A DNA stretch of 63,274 nucleotides, the filler included, from Dirinaria sp. TL-2023a (taxonomy: Eukaryota), in the NCBI GenBank assembly GCA_051941275.1. It is 10 parts of 10 records of this genome, joined end to end, with 100 filler letters (N's around TTAATTAATTAA, not from the genome) between each part and the next. Parts side by side here need not be neighbours in the genome. Positions count along the whole stretch, not along the records: positions 57,064 to 63,274 come from JAVEBF010001518.1; 9 more parts are not named here. The stretch is one strand, 5' to 3'. The translations under genes and the position numbers were made by a program. The first letter of the stretch is position 1. Every line of letters begins with the position of its first letter. Of this stretch, positions 60,669 to 63,274 are shown piece by piece. The notes beneath the pieces are model-generated. The model worked only from the letters and a program-made list of their open reading frames with translations, did no database searches and was not told the DNA's origin.

Positions 60669-62064
60669 CTATTCATGAAATGCACCAGCACTATATGCAT
60701 GCTGGAGCGTCTCCGGATTCATATAACGTTCTGCTTCTTGCTGAGAAAAGAAATAGGTATCATAATTCGCCGCATTGAAATTCGGATCTGTCACTGAGTT
60801 TGATGGATCGACGTCCTCCTGGTTGAGTTCGGGGTGCCGGCTTGTCAGATCATCCAAGGAAATCTGAGTGGCACTGGTTAGCACAAACTGCCGTGTTGCA
60901 TCATTGTATGGATGCGACGGGCATCCAATGCAATTGCAAATGGATCCGCATGTACAATTGTGCATCGTGGCTGAGTTCGATCCAAGGTTGCTATCCTCTG
61001 CAGCAGATGCCGCCACACCGAGCAAGCCAGCATTATTTTGGGCCAGCAGGCCGTGAGGCGGCATATTCTGACCCGTCGGGTATTGAAATTCCGTTGCAGA
61101 AGGGTACTGCTGACCGTCTTGTCCAGACGCTGGGTGGCCGTGTTGTGGCAATGAGGACTGCACATTAGAAATTTGAGAATAGCTGTCGGCGGTGGGGATT
61201 GAGGGATCATAGGACTGATAAGAGCCTTGTAGAACAGCTGGAAAGCTACTGTATTGAGAGGTAACGGGCAGACCATCCCAGCCAAAGACGTCCATAGACT
61301 CGGAAGATGAGTAGACAGTAGCGGGTTGATGAGGAGGGCCAAGACTCGGGGTAGTAGGGGGTCTGGCAGTTAGGTCCCCATATACTATAGGGGCGTTCTC
61401 AGACATCTTGGTACTCAGTAATGCCTCTTGAGAAGCGTCTTGATACTCTGAGTGCGCCATGTCCTGCCCGACTTCTTCGCGAGGTGCCACTACACAGCCA
61501 GGAATTGGCTGTTTGTTTCCTTGCATATTCAAATTTTCTCCCTGGGCTTCGGCTGGTTTTGGGCAGCACTTTCCACCCTTTTTCTTGCCTTTGGTGCCCC
61601 TTTGGGCACCTGGAGAATGCTTTTTCATCTTTTGTTTCATTTCAAAAGGAACTGTCAGTGGAGGCCTGGTGATGTCCCGCGTGCATTCACAGCTGTCCTC
61701 TTTCGCAACGTTAGCACAAGACCGGCAGTGTAATACTGGGCCAAAAGGGTGTGGGGGAAAACTTACCATTCAGTCCCCTGGCCACCATAACCACCATCAA
61801 ATTCTCACAATCACAATTCTTTTTATCATGCGGGCATTGCGATAGGGGCCGACCAGGTGACCGCACCCTTACCATGTATCGATCCCAATGCCTGCAAAGC
61901 GTTGAGCGATGGCCGTTGACACACACCCAACTAGATCAACAGGGTCAGCATGAGGCTTCCCTAATGGGCACTTTTCCAGAAGGACACGGCGACGGTAGTC
62001 GGAAAATAAACGGGCGAGGAGGAACGTACCAAGCCCACTTCGTTCCATTTTCATCGACAGGCAT
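60669..62064 (-). CDS. Copper-fist DNA-binding transcription factor (Ace1/Cuf1/AceA/CufA-like); introns ~61931-62029 and ~61701-61765
   Basis: MPVDENGTKWAC|WVCVNGHRSTLCRHWDR.MVRVRSPGRPLSQCPH copper-fist motif; C-terminal CTCGSICNCIGCPSHPYNDAT. Confidence 0.88.
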
Positions 62065-63274
62065 GGTAGCGCAAGTCGTGCGGGACAAAGAAGCCCGTGG
62101 TTGCGCGGTATAGTAGAATAGTACAATTATCACAAGATTAGTCCGGCGTACTATGCCCGGAAGGGTGTATATAGCCACGGTAGCGAATATGTTGACAATG
62201 ATCAGATCGTAGGCTACCCTCAGATTTGTGGCCGTAGGAATAATGAAGCGCATGCGACAAAGGTTAGCGGGGGAAGCGGACAGTGGTTGAAGAAATTATT
62301 CTTCTCATGGATGATCTATCGATCGTCTTCGAGGCATCATATCGAGGACGATCGTATTTTACTCGAATAAGAGCGTTGGCGGGGCTCTGTTCTTTGGGCG
62401 ATTAGGTAAGATATCACTGCCCTGCCGAACCTGCGTTTTCAGCCTTACCAACAGTCCGCTTGCCGGATGCTGCTTAGCGATCAGTACTAGGAGAAATCCC
62501 ACATGATGCCTAATGTACCTTGGCTGCTTCCGCAGTACGGTACAGTACTCTTCCCCTATCCAAGCTCAGTGTTTTCTCCTTTGCAAAGTATCAACTACCT
62601 GAATCGCTGTCTTTTTCACCTAGTATCTTGTTCTTCCTGAGACCCTTAATAGAACATTCGAGCCTATCTCTCCACAAGATATGTACAGGCATCGACTATC
62701 TTATCTCCCAAAACGAATGAGCACAAAAATGAACAGCCTAGTTGACACGGTTTTATTTCTGACACTCAATCAAATCACTAAATTTTTACAGATATAAGTG
62801 GTCCTGTCAATGTGCAAATGTGTGATCACTGTTTATGATACGAGGCAACGTTGCTCTCATGTATGGGCGCTTCCTTCTATGCGATGTGATGTCTCATAAT
62901 TGCTGTGAAAGCTCGTGCCATTTTCTTCTATTCATTCAGTCTTGTCGTGCTCAACTCCTTGGGTTAACTATTTCACATTAAGACCATAGTATTATTTATT
63001 TTTCAGTACTTGAACATCAAATTCCTTAATCTCAAGTACCCGCTCTCAGGGGTTTTTGTTCCAACACACTCAAGTGATGCTGAGCCAAAGCCCAACATGA
63101 AACATTCAAGGAGTCACGCTACGGAAGAAGAGTTGCGCACCACAGGTTCAATCAGGTGGGAAGGGAATAATGCCCAAGGTTGTTGGCGGACCACGTGGTG
63201 TCACCCATGACAGGTAGTATTAGACTATTAGTGCAAAGCCACAGATTGCCAATCCATATCTTTGGATGCCGAGC

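Noticed and set aside
1..63274. tRNA, rRNA, CRISPR arrays, intact transposons, prokaryotic defence systems
   Set aside because: None recognised by eye; the sequence is intron-containing fungal DNA. A covariance-model scan is needed to exclude small ncRNAs.

Overview
Eukaryotic DNA from a filamentous ascomycete (Pezizomycotina: short GT-AG introns with CTRAY branch sites, VelB, copper-fist TF). The window is not one locus. It is 10 contigs joined by identical 100-bp spacers (N44-TTAATTAATTAA-N44) and sorted by decreasing length (6271, 6261, 6252, 6251, 6245, 6236, 6225, 6211, 6211, 6211 bp), so neighbourhood across spacers carries no information. Genes read from the sequence: cox7 (missed by the ORF track), set9, mitochondrial uL14, rpb9, rcy1, velB, a GT25 glycosyltransferase, an SDR with an in-frame TAG just before its catalytic Tyr, a conserved DUF protein, vps3/TGFBRAP1-like, a Mn-type CDF transporter, swr1, sir2, an ArAE/FUSC membrane protein, an OTT_1508-like deaminase, glycogen phosphorylase, a small Cys-tailed protein, a secreted protein, an MNWTGG protein resembling HEIP1/REDIC1, and a copper-fist TF. 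Best leads: (1) the long second intron of rpb9 stays in frame and encodes an alternative CxxC-x5-CxxC plus acidic C-terminus; (2) an uncharacterised Zn-deaminase; (3) a possible fungal meiotic crossover factor; (4) the single-stop SDR; (5) an AGGTAAGG/CCTTACCT motif recurring upstream of genes on unrelated contigs. All family assignments are by motif recognition, not database search.
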